From positions 18,870,101 to 18,934,100 of the forward strand of contig NC_092677.1 of NCBI RefSeq assembly GCF_964355755.1: 64,000 nucleotides of DNA, given 5' to 3'. Both the position numbers and the translations under genes were made by a program. Origin of the DNA: Antedon mediterranea. Its lineage: Eukaryota; Animalia; Echinodermata. How positions within the stretch are numbered: the stretch's first letter is position 1; each line of letters opens with the position of its first letter. Below the pieces are notes generated by a model. That model made no database searches. It worked only from the letters and a program-made list of their open reading frames with translations, and was not told the origin of the DNA. Positions 1-12,214 of the stretch are shown here, in pieces.

Positions 1-368
1 AATGAAATGGAAATAAAAAATACTTCATCTTATAGAATAATAGGTAAATGAATATTTACTCAAAAGGATATTTTCATAATTTATTTTCAGAATAATTACC
101 TAATAAAAAGTGTTTACCAAAGTAAAAAAATACCATGTCAATGACACTGCGCGCATAGTAACTTGCGCTGTTTAATCGTGGTAATGAAAATGGAGTCGGC
201 TCTCGGTATCCCTAACACAGATCAGCAACGCGCCATGAAAATTTTGCCACGTCAAGAGTGTACCTTTCAGTGTGGACTTTCTTTTTTTGTGTCTTGATTT
301 GAGCGCCTAGACCTACATACTGTTGATCTGTAATGTATAAAAAGTACTGAAAATAATGTTTACAGTAT

Positions 369-1249
369 TAGGGATAACGATGCAAAATTAAAAGTTAATA
401 TTTTTCAAGCAAATTAAACATTGTCTGTAAGTTAGTATTTTGTATTAATATTATAGAATCAATTATGAAAATCTAACTTTTAGTTTTCGTAATATAGGAT
501 CTAAAACATCGCCAAAAAATGTTTTTAGCCATGTATGTATACTACACTATTTTTGCGATAAATTAATTACATATTATTGCGTTTTATAGTAATCTATTTT
601 GTACAGTATATCAGCATTGGAAATATCAATACAATATGATATTAAATGTTTATAAAATAGATACGTTGTTTATTTTTGGACAAATTCATTGCTCTCTATT
701 CGTGTATGTATTCGCGCACCAATCAAACAGCCAGAATCCAAAATCATTCAACTGTTAGTTCTTTTGGTTGCTCTAGAAACCAGGCAGCGCCACCTACCGT
801 TGTGACGTCAGCACCGCTGAACTTTATGCCAATCAAGGGAAAGCTCAGATTTGATTGGCTTATGATGATTTCATAACACAAAATGGTGGTTTTGTAGTTG
901 AGCCTCACAGAATATTCACGGTTTTTTGTGCATTTTTCTCTGAAAGATTTAAACAATAAACGCCTCATATCAAGAAAAAAATAATTTGTTAGCACTTCTA
1001 CACTAATAAGCACAAGGCATTGGGAACTATATTGTCTTAGCGTAGTTTTTGAGTAAACACGATATTACAATATTTTATCCACATTATCGCATTTGTGGTT
1101 GAATATAATGGAAATAAAAAATATTTTATCTGATTGCTCAAACGCATTATTACATAATATTATCGCGTCAATAACACAGCGTGCATGGTAACATACGCGT
1201 AGTTGAATCGTGGCAATAACAATGTCAGAGTCAACTCTCGATAACCCTA
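369..1249. mobile_element. Non-autonomous DNA transposon with TAG...CTA termini (Academ-like)
   Basis: Left end TAGGGATAACGA, right end TCGATAACCCTA, flanked by a 4-bp direct repeat GTAT (365-368, 1250-1253). Its right part resembles 1-213, which ends in CTCGGTATCCCTA (a second copy's end). Confidence 0.55.
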
Positions 1250-2812
1250 GTATTATTAAGTTAGAAATGGTGATGGGATAAATGACTTGCCTGATTCTGT
1301 CGGGCTTTACAATGTAGCATAAAGGTAGTCACTCTTTTGATGTAGGGGTGCCTCATGGTATAAATATTTAATAAATGACTTTCAAATCCCAGGAAAAATG
1401 TTTTCTAACTGACTAAAGAGGAGGTAAATACCTTTTAAAAAAAGCCAAATTCCACAGGGTGATTGTAGTCATTTGTTCGCAGTTTAAAGCAGTATATGTC
1501 TCAGTGACTATAGTTTTTTTTTAGCACTGTTCAATTGTTTTGGCAGCAACCAACCCCCAAAACTCCTGTTGCCCAACTACCGTTGCCCAACTACCACATT
1601 AAATAGCAAATATCTGTTTCGGTTAGCTGTCCTCGTATGCACAACCAACCCAGCAGCTCGTAAAGTACAATATACAACTATCCCTTATCTTCTCATTATT
1701 TTTTCCATACATTTTCTAATGTTGATGAACTTGATTATGAATCCAGATGAAACAAAATACTTGAAAACAAAATAGTTGGTAGCATCTCTATGACAGTAAA
1801 AAAAATGTTGAGTCTGGCCAAATACTGAGAGGATTTACTGTTTAAAAAAAAAAACAGGATCATCTTTGACTTATTTATATTTATTTGAAGGATGTACAGT
1901 ATACATATAGTATGATGTACCTTGTCTATATTATACATCACTATTTTATTACTTTGAATTTATTTTATAAATTAATACTAGAAATTATGTGATTTTTAAA
2001 GCAATAAATAAAGAGCTTTGTCTCGAATACGTTTGCAAGTTGCCATATTTTTTTTATATTTTTTTTAATGAAATAACATTTACAGTTTGTTAGTCCTAAG
2101 CAACAATTCAAAACCATCCTCAACTCGAGTCCCAATTACCCATAATTCATGTTCAAGCATCTCATTTTCTGTGTTGATGAGGGGTTTAAACTTAGTGGAT
2201 TTGATATCATCATGGCTTCGACAGTAGATGGATTGTTCAGAATTCAATTTTGATAAAAAAAAAAAGTCTTTCTGGAAAAAAAAATCTTTGTTTAAAATAC
2301 AGCAATTTTATAATTATATGGACTATATCTGCTGGCAAATAAATACTGTATATAATATGGTATTTTTTAAATACCGTATATTTTTGCCAGCAGAAATGGT
2401 GCTCACAAAAATATTCTGTATTTTGGCTTACCAAATTTGTGGTAAAATACAGTATTTATAAATTTATACCGTATTTTGTGGACCTTTTTCTGCTTACAGT
2501 ACCAACAAAAAATACTGTATTTTTTATTTTCTGTAAGCTTTTTATAAAGATAAATATAGTCTGGTCAGCAAAAATAAGGGACAACATCACGTTTGCAATT
2601 AATATGTGGGGGAAACAAAAGATTTTCTGTAAAATTAAAAGGGAACAAACGGGACAGCCAGATTTACAAAGATAATTTGAGTACGGGGGTCAATACAAAA
2701 ATGAGGAGCCTCTGAAAGCAGTACTGTAGGATACAACATCGCCAAGATAACAAATTCTAAGAGAAAGAATAAAAACAACTTGTCTTCATTTTGTGGGTAT
2801 CGAAAGGCAGTA

Positions 2813-3329
2813 CAGTAGAACCTCCATTTTACGTACGGTACGGGACCGAAAGGCGTACGTAAAACAAAGGATTCGTAAAATCAAGGTTGACCTTAAATTT
2901 ACCCCAAATACGTAGAGATCGTAGCTATAAAGGCTACCCTGTTTGTCTACTTTATTGAACAGCATGTAGGTTGTCACTAGCTAGGCCTTGCCTAGACTTT
3001 CAGGCCAGGCTAGCAGGCCTAGCAAGATGCGAGGCCTAACTAGAAAAATACAGTACTGTACAGTATATACAGGCTGTGAGATGTTTAAATAAAGTGTAAA
3101 ATATCAATGTTCTTGTATTTTCTATCAATAAAAACAGTCGCTGCACGTGCGTAGCTTGACTCAAACACACAGCAGAATTCCACACACAGCCATGATTGTG
3201 GCTTTGTGTGCTTTGTTGTTGTTAAATTGCGCCCTCAATGTAAGAAAATGATGACGTCATCGGTTATTTTAAGCGTACGTAAAATCAAGGGAACGTAAAA
3301 TCAGGGTACGTAAAACACAGGTTCTACTG
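2813..3329. mobile_element. Tc1/mariner (pogo/Tigger-type) MITE
   Basis: TIRs CAGTAGAACCT / AGGTTCTACTG, TA on both flanks (2811-2812, 3330-3331), internal CGTAAAA subrepeats. Confidence 0.8.
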
Positions 3330-4979
3330 TACCAAGATAATACTTCTAGCACAAACGGGGTACTCAAAATACGGTATGAAATATACTATATTTTATACCG
3401 TATTCTGAGGATATCCAGCAGAAAAAGGCCCTCTTTATTATTTCAAGTTTTTACTGAAACAATTTCTGATCTTTTGCAATTCAGTTTGTCCAATACAAAG
3501 CTTGCTATGTATTAGATTAATGCCTGTTGGTATACAGTAACAGTCAATACAATCTATTACAAGTGGTGTCTACTCTTGGCTTGATACTGTATAGCAATGA
3601 AGTACCAATTTCCTTCGTCTTGTACGAACCAAATATCATGTTAACAGAGGATCGCTTTGTGTAACTGTAAATGATTTCTTATTCATTCTTAACAGCTTAT
3701 GATTAACCAACTGGTTAATTCTTGTTTTTTTATTTAACCTAGTCTAAATTCAGACTATCATTTGTATGCATACTGATTCTTTTGTACGTTTTCCAGTCAA
3801 TTATCATGTCAGGAAATGCTCTGTAACAATAAGATTAATGTGATTTTGTAAACTGTCTATTGTAGACAAAAATTTAATAGGAATTTTTATTGTACTTTTC
3901 GTCTTTTGCGATACCATATTTTCCGGAGTACTAGTACTATGTAATTAAGTCTAAGCTTGCCAAAATTAGGTGGGGGTGTCGCATTGTACTTAATGGTACA
4001 TAAAATCATGCTTGAAAAAATGGTTTGGCTAAAATATTTGTGACTAGGCCTAAAATCAACTTGTGCCTAGTTGCTTAGACCATGCACAAAATGTCGGGTA
4101 CTGTAGTTTGAGTTATATATGCAAAAAAACACAAAAACCTAGATCATTCTTTAATAATATTTTGTAGACTAGAAACAATTAAAACACTGATTTCTTGCGA
4201 TTCGCTCACAAATGTAATGCTTAAGACGTACCGTGTTATTGGAAAAACAAAAATGGATCATTGTGCTTTAGCGCTTGACTCAAGGCGTACTGTGAAATAT
4301 GAATTGATCGTGTGTGTTTCAACTTGCCTGAGCAACATGCTTGTAGCAGGTACAGTAAACTGACGAGATGTTGATTTGATTGAGCCTAGGCAATAATCAA
4401 GTTTGAATGAAAATATCTTGCCTATACTGTATAATATACTTTTCGGTAAATGTATTATATAAATATGATTTTGATAATAATGCACAAGTACAGTAGTGTA
4501 CGCATGTTGTCATTTAGAACAGTGCCACCAATAATATAATTATCTTTTTATTAAAACAATATTTTAAAACATGTTATAATCCATTTCCTACTTTTTACTT
4601 GATTTTATTTTTTTTAATCGTACAATACAAATATTATTACTGTATTATAGGATTTTTTTATTTTATTTATTATTTTTTTTAGAAACATATTTTCACATGA
4701 ATCTAAAGGGACCAGATTATTATTTGAATAGATATACATCTGAAGGTATTAAAAAACACTTTTTTTTATGATTCCAGGAAACTGGTTAAAAAAAGGAATA
4801 ACGTTCATTATTGATTTTATTAATGATTATTTTTAATAGTGGTATTTAATTAATCTTAATTAATAAATTCGGTGCTTTAAAAGAGCTCTCAAAAAGTATA
4901 CTTTATATTGTAATTACAACAAAACATATGACAATGTAAACAAGACATTTCAAACATTTGGTTGTTTTTAAAACCAGTA

Positions 4980-5184
4980 CAGTAGAACCTACATTTTACG
5001 TACATTCACTGCTGTATGGGAAATGCACGTGTGTGGCTTGTATCACAGCCATGGATTGTTAAATTGCACCCGCAATGTAAGAAAAAAGAACACTATATAT
5101 TAAATTCCTAAAATGATGATGTCATCGGTCATTTTATGCATACGTAAAATCCAGGGTACAGTACGTAAAACAAAGGTTCTACTG
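4980..5184. mobile_element. Internally deleted copy of the same Tc1/mariner MITE
   Basis: Same TIRs and TA flanks; shares the ACACAGCCATG...GTTAAATTGC...ATGATG.CGTCATCGG block with 2813-3329. Confidence 0.8.
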
Positions 5185-7055
5185 TAATGCAAATAATTGC
5201 TCAAAACAAGGTAATGAGCAGAGTAAAGACTACAAGATATCAATACATTGATGGTTGTGGTGGAAGTACAGTATAGTGGAGAGCATGTAGCAGTATCGAT
5301 ACTAATAGTGACTTTACCATCTTTACTTTTCTACTACTGCTCTATGCCATCAGATCTATCTTCATCCCTCTGTATCTATTTACGCATGGGCAAAATTTGA
5401 TAATTATGTGTTCCTTTTAGATTTGTTACTTTCGGATAAACCCTGTTTACCAATTAAGTTGAGTTAGATAATTAGGTATTGACAATTAAACAAATTTACA
5501 GTAAGTTCAATAATTTTCCCTGTATACACTCTAACTAAAGGATGTCTGAAAAATACCTGCACCCACAATAGTACGAGAATGCTTCGCATTTTTACCTATC
5601 CTTCTTCTACAATAATTGTTTTTTAATTACTGAAATCCGGTTTAACCAGCTCAAATAAAACATCATACTGTTGAACAGAAGTGGTTGATTGATGATGAAT
5701 GGAACATTCCAATCTCTCTTCAAAGCTTATTCCCTTTCAGTGCATAAATACAATATTTGGGTTTTCTATTGTTGTTGCGACATAACAACTTCAGTCTCCA
5801 TACCTAATAGTTGGTAGATACATTAATTGAAGAAATTATGGGCACTTGGGGATATATGTTGATATGAAAAGGAATTCTAGAAAGCATTTTCAGTCGCTGC
5901 CGTTTAAAGCGCAGATTGTTTACTGTGAGTGTGGGTATACTGTCAGATACATAAACACATTTATACAAATAAACTATACTATTATATTGAAAATTGATTC
6001 TAAACATCGACACATGCTACTGAATTATTTCAACTAAGTATTAAAGGGCAAATGTTTTACTGTGTTTAAACATAAAAGCAAATACATTTCTAAATAATAT
6101 ATTTAAAAAAATGTTTCCTCCATCAACGGCAACACAGCCATCATCCACCGCTATTACATCAATCATCACTGTCTATTTATTGCTCTATGTGAACTAAGGT
6201 ATTTAGTCCTGCATAGTCCTTCGGTAAACATATAGCCTAGCGAACATTTGAACATCTAGTTAAATCAATTTATATAAAACACAAACATTCAAAGAGAACA
6301 ACCAACTTTAACTTGTATGACACTTCCATTTACACTATACGGAAAAACTGAGATGAATTCTGGTTCGACACTTTACATTACAAGAAAATCTTTAAAATAT
6401 TGCAAACACATGACAATCTTCACGCACTCTAAAACACTGTAAAATACATACATGTACATTAAAAACACCAAATTATTTCGCATAAGAAATTGTAATAGAT
6501 GTTAATAACAAGAAATATTTCTTACAAAAAACGCCGCGTAACTTTTTGACTGGACAGTTGTAAGAACAGTCTTCATTAATCTAATATAATAGGTCGGCCA
6601 ATCAAAACGCAAGTGAACAATTGGGACTTTACTAATTGTGATTTATGTCATTGGCCTGTCAGCACAGTCGTTTCTTTCTAGAATTAAACGCACAAACTTG
6701 TATTGGGAATAATGTATGTGGTTATTACTATCGCATTTAGGTATTGATAATAATAATAATATGGCTTTTGAATATATAATTACTGTCTGTAGAATAACAT
6801 TTATACATTTTCGGTTCGCGATGAAAAGTTATATGAATGGATTTGTAATAGGTATTTATAATAATAGTATGGGTTGTATTATTGCTAAGCTATCACCAAA
6901 TCGCGTTATAACATTATTTCTCAGGGTTTTTTGCACCATTGATCAATACCAAACGCGTATCGGTATTATAGTTTTTAATGAATCATTACATTAATAAAAA
7001 TACCCAATTAAATCAATCGCGTCAGTCCAATTCCGACTTATGTTTCGATCACATA

Positions 7056-7209
7056 GTTCTCTGTCTACACTGTCCCAACTAGTTTAACAAAAAAAGTGTG
7101 ATGTGCCCAAATATGGTAGTGATATGCCCGAATATCGTAGTGATATGACATCGTCATGTCTATATAATATGGGCACATCATATTTAGTTTGATAGTATAG
7201 ACAGAGCTT
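7056..7209. mobile_element. Short PIF/Harbinger-like MITE
   Basis: TIR CTCTGTCTACACT / AGTATAGACAGAG; internal inverted TGATGTGCCCA / TGGGCACATCA. Confidence 0.6.
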
Positions 7210-7231
7210 AAGGATTATATTTAAAAAATGT

Positions 7232-7515
7232 TTTCTTACATTTTGAACGGAAGTATTTATTTGTTTATAAGCCCAATTTTCCAGTCTTAATTTTACATTT
7301 TGAAAAAAAGTATTTATTTGTTTATAAGCCCAATTTTCCAGTCTTAATTTTACATTTTGAAAAAAAAGTATTTTATTTGTTGATAAGCCCAATTGTGCAG
7401 TCTTATTTTACATTTTGAACGAAAGTATTTATTTGTTGATAAGCCCAATTTTGCATTCTTATTTTACATTTTAAATGAAAGTATTTATTTGTTGATAAGC
7501 CGAATTTTCCAGTTT
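7232..7515 (+). repeat. ~57-bp tandem repeat, ~5 copies
   Basis: Unit ~GATAAGCCCAATTTTCCAGTCTTAATTTTACATTTTGAACGAAAGTATTTATTTGTT recurring at 56-59 bp spacing; further copies at 10790-10890 and ~11070-11120. Confidence 0.85.
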
Positions 7516-7758
7516 AATAATAATGACCCCTTCCACAGTGCTTATACCATATACATTTTACATGATATTGACCGTGGGTTCTTTACGCCTCTGATGCATT
7601 TGTTTTTATTGTACCTTTTTAATAAATTATTATATGTTTAGGCCTAATCACACCCAATTTAATGAAACAGTCAGATTCCGATTTCAATTGAACAAAGTAG
7701 TACTGTATTTATTATTCATTGATAAGCCAAGGGTCCCATGGCGTTAGCTGATATCTTG

Positions 7759-10488
7759 TAGTCCAGTAAAATATCACCTTCACCATTGCATAACGTTAGT
7801 AGTCAACGAGATTCTCACCGTACGTTCTAAACAGTATGTAAAGATCATTTATTGATGTTGCGTCGCGTAAAAGTTGGGATTTGTGGAGAAAATGAAGTTT
7901 TTATACGCAGTTTTTGCTTCCTTTCGTCGTGGTTTGTTTTCATCGAAAAATGACGTCATGGGGCATAAGTGAATGACACGCCATTGTCGACATTTGCGTT
8001 CGTATTAAAAAGTGAATTTTAAATGTACGAATATGGTATTAATTATCTGTATTACATTGTATTATTATGTATCGCATATATAACAAGTCATTTTGATAAA
8101 AAATAAGTCAAATAAATATGAAAAACAAAATAAAATTGTGATGTTTGCATGTCATCTGAAGTGACCTTCCATACAATGTGATAGCGCCCTCTATAAGTAT
8201 TGATACACTCGCACTTCAAACTGCAAGCTTTTTGTTGTTATAAATTCATTCATTCAGAAATACAATTTAAGGAAGGAATCGAATCAAGGGCATTATTACT
8301 TGGTTTACTATATATTTATGATGTTTTCCCCAAAAATAATTACTAGTATGTTCATTTTGCGAATTGTAGATGTTTGTACCGGCGGTATGAAATTAAAAAA
8401 AGCTGTTTACGCGGTCTGTAGCCTAACGATATAATAATAATTATATGTATAAAATAATTGTTACTTTTTTCTGATAAATCAGTATGAATAATAATGTTTA
8501 CTTAGCGCTGCTTTAAGCACCATATTTAAAAAAAAGAAACAAATTGATTTAAGCTTACTTTTTGTCACGTTTTCGGTAATTAATCGTCTTCTTCGCTCTC
8601 ACTATCTGATTCGTCACTGTTCTCATCATCCGATTCTGTTGGAAGAGGCCCCAGCAAATCGTTATCGCCAACGCACCATCCGTTATTGTCTTGAGATTTC
8701 GGCAACTCTTAAATCGGCGTTAGTGCGAGCTTCCAGATCATGACTTGATAGTTCGACCATGCGTCATATATGTTGATGCAAGCACTACGCGACGGTGGAA
8801 AGTTAGTTAAATCAATGTTTTTTAACACTGATTATCCGTCTTTTTCCTTGCATTTCCTGCGAAGAAAGTAAAATCTAAGTTCATCGGTACTCCTTGATTT
8901 CGATTGGGATCCATATAAGACAGCGATGTTTTTTTTTTATATTGTTACATTTTGTTTCGTCCATTATTGCAAAAGTCCTATTCGATACAGGCAGTGGCAG
9001 GAATTGACAAATAACCAATCTCACCAGCAGTTTAGCCACTGAAATCACCCCAAGTCGATGTAATGCCATTCTAGGGCTGCATGCGTTCACAAAGTGCAGC
9101 ACGACCAGCGCTTTCAAGGGAAAAGGAAAATTAAAGGCCATTAAACTTGTCGAAAAATATCCAAAATTTGAAGAGGTTTTCAAGAAAGTAGGAGAAAGTT
9201 GGAAAGGAGAAGAAGAGTTAATGTTGGAACTGGAATAGTTCACGTGCCTGTTATTTTATGGATTCCGTTCGAAAGCAAGGCGTAGGCCTACCGATGAACT
9301 TAGATTTGACTTTTTTCGCAGGAAATGCAAGAAAAAAAAACCGGAATAATCAGTGTTAAAAAAACATTGATTTAAAAATTAGCTAACTTTCCACCGTCGC
9401 GTAGATGCTTGCATCAACATATACAACGCACGATGATCGAACTATCAAGTCAGGATCTGTGGAGGCTCGCACTAACACACCGATTTTACGAGTTGCCGAA
9501 ACCCCAAGACAATAACGGATGGTGCGTTGGCGATAACGATTTGCTGGGGCCTTTATGGTGTGAAAGCGAGATTCTTCCAACAGAATTGAACGAGCGATTG
9601 CTGAGAACGACTCCTTTAACTCGGATGATGAGAACAGTGACGAATCAGATAGTGAGAGCGAAGAAGACAATTAATTACCGAAAACGTGACAAAAAATAGG
9701 CTTAAATTAATTTGTTTCTTTTCTTTTTTAATAGGGTGCTTAAAGCAGCGCTAAGTAAACATATTCATACTGATTTATCAGAAAAAAAGTAACAATTATT
9801 TTATACATATAATTATTATTATATCGTTAGGCTACAGACCGCGTAAACAGCTTTTTTTAATTTCATACCGCCGGTACATCTACAATTCGCAAAATGTACA
9901 TACTAGTAATTATTTTTGGGGAAAACATCATAAATATATAATAAACCAAGTAATAATGCCCTTGATTCGATTCCTTCCTTAAATTGTATTTCTGAATGAA
10001 TGAATAAACAACAAAAAGCTTGCAGTTTGAAGTGCGAGTGTATCAATACTTATAGAGGGCGCTATCACATTGTATGGAAGGTCACTTCAGATGACATGCA
10101 AAAATCACAATTTTCCTTTGTTTTTCATATTTATTTCACTTATTTTTTATCAAAATGACTTGTTATATATGTGATACATAATAATACAATGTAATACAGA
10201 TAATTAATACCATATTCGTACATTTAAAATTCACTTTTTAATACGAACGCAAATGTCGACAATGGCGTGTCATTCACTTATGCCCCATGACGTCATTTTT
10301 CGATGAAAACAAACCACGACGAAAGGAAGCAAAAACTGCGTATAAAAACTTCATTTTCTCTACAAATCCCAACTTTTACGCGACGCAACATCAATAAATG
10401 ATCTTTACCATAATGTTTAGAACCTACGGTGAGAATCTCGTTGACTACTAACGTTATGCAATGGTGAAGGTGATATTTTACTGGACTA
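7759..10488 (+). mobile_element. Foldback Academ (XPG-type) transposon derivative with ~1.1-1.2 kb inverted arms
   Basis: Termini TAGTCCAGTAAAATATCACC / GGTGATATTTTACTGGACTA; TSD TTG (7756-7758, 10489-10491); arms 7759-8889 and 9289-10488. Confidence 0.85.
8915..9699 (+). pseudogene. Degenerate Academ transposase C-terminal fragment (XPG/PIN-H3TH-like)
   Basis: Translates to DSDVFFILLHF...VLFDTGSG...LGLHAFTKCSTTSAFKGKGK...ELE*FTCLLFYG...ELRF...FPPSRRCLHQHIQR...LWR...P.P..NGW...L.PLW, with stops and frameshifts; these motifs are typical of the Academ XPG-like domain. Confidence 0.8.
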
Positions 10489-11417
10489 TTGAGCATTTGA
10501 CTCTTGTGTGAACCTGTAACACAAATCATTCTTCAAAATCTAAAGAAAGAACCTCACACGTCTTTTTTGTGAGTGATACACTATGGATATGCCCACGGAA
10601 ATAATATGTGGACATTGCAAACAATCATAGGCCTACAGTAACAAACATAGAATGGCTTAATAAGCATAACATTCAGACTTGCTTGTTTTCTAGTGGATTT
10701 TTATTTACTTTAGCATGTAGAATAAAACTATTAACAGTGGCTATATTAATAATTATACTGATTATCCTTGATGTTATCGCGTCTAATAATAAAATATTTT
10801 GTTGTTGATAAGCCCAATTTTTCAGCCTTGATTTTACATTTTGAACGAAAGTATTTATTTGTTGATAAGCCCAATTTAGCAGTCTTAATAATGACCCTTC
10901 CACAGTGCATTTTACATGATATTGACCGAGGGTTTTTACGCCTCTATAGCCACTGATCAATACCATAATTAATGTACTTTTTTAAATGAATATTGAAATG
11001 TTTCAACATACCCAATTCAAAAAAACGGTCCGTTTTCGAGTTCAATCTTTTGATTAGAGAGGTTGGAGTTTCATTTTGAACGAAAGTATTTATTTGATTG
11101 ATAAGCCAAATTTCTAGTCCTAATGATTTGAGATTCAACGGGTTTTGCTTTCAATTGTATAATAATATAATTATATATATATATATATATATAAATATAA
11201 TATTAAGTATAATTATGAATTCACCAACACTTTCAGGCCCGGGCCCGAGTTTGTGTAGACCAGACTTCCATGCACAGCCACATGTTAAGGAATATGAATC
11301 TCTTTATGATTTTAATATGGTTCGAAATGATATTACACAACAACAATTAGACAGCAACTGTGCAAGAGTCCAACTAATAAAATCGGAATGATCAATTAAT
11401 TGAACATTTACAGCATA

Positions 11418-11778
11418 AGGCCCATACACTAGGACAATAACGATTGACGATAAATAGACAAATGTGCATTTTTAATACATAAACCAAAAGAAATATAAAC
11501 AATTCCTTTGATGAAAATTATATTTTCACACGTCCAATCAAATGACGTCATGATTAGTAAGACCAATAATATCGTGACAATACAGCGATTTCATTGTTTT
11601 TATTTATCATGACGTCATTTGATTGGAATTTGAAAAACATTATTTTTATCAAAGACGGCATAAATGATTATCCTATAGGTCTAGAACGAAAACCTTTCTA
11701 ATTTCTTTTGGTTTATGTAAAAGAAATGCATGCTTATATATTATCGTCCGTCGTTATCGTCATAGTGTAATTGGGCCT
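11418..11778. mobile_element. Near-palindromic Harbinger-like MITE
   Basis: TIR AGGCCCA.TACACTA.GAC.ATAACGA vs TCGTTATCGTCATAGTGTAATTGGGCCT; internal inverted CCAATCAAATGACGTCATGAT / ATCATGACGTCATTTGATTGG. Confidence 0.7.
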
Positions 11779-12194
11779 TTATACAAAAAAAAAATAAATT
11801 GATTACGAAGTTACATGCCATTTTCACCTATCACCAAAAAACTAACCTTTTCAACACTAATTAAATGTTACGAAGCCAATTTATATTATATATTTCATTA
11901 AAACTGAACTTTACGGTAAATGAAGAGTAAGTATCAGTTAATATGAATAATATAACTAGTAGGTCTATGAACTTGCGTCCAGACACAGAACTGTAACATT
12001 ACTATCATAAATGTTGAAACCACTTATAAAACCTTTTTTTAAAGAAAATATAATTGTGCTAGGAGAAGGTTAATAAACAAATAGATAATGTACAAACCTT
12101 TTTCTGGATTAATTAATGGAGCAGGCGTTCCTAATAACCTGCTGCTGCTACCTAGACTGATTGTTCACCTTCTGACGATAATTGATTGGACCTA

Positions 12195-12214
12195 CCCCCC
12201 CCCCCCCCCCCCCC
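12195..12214. repeat. C20 homopolymer
   Basis: Directly visible. Confidence 0.9.
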
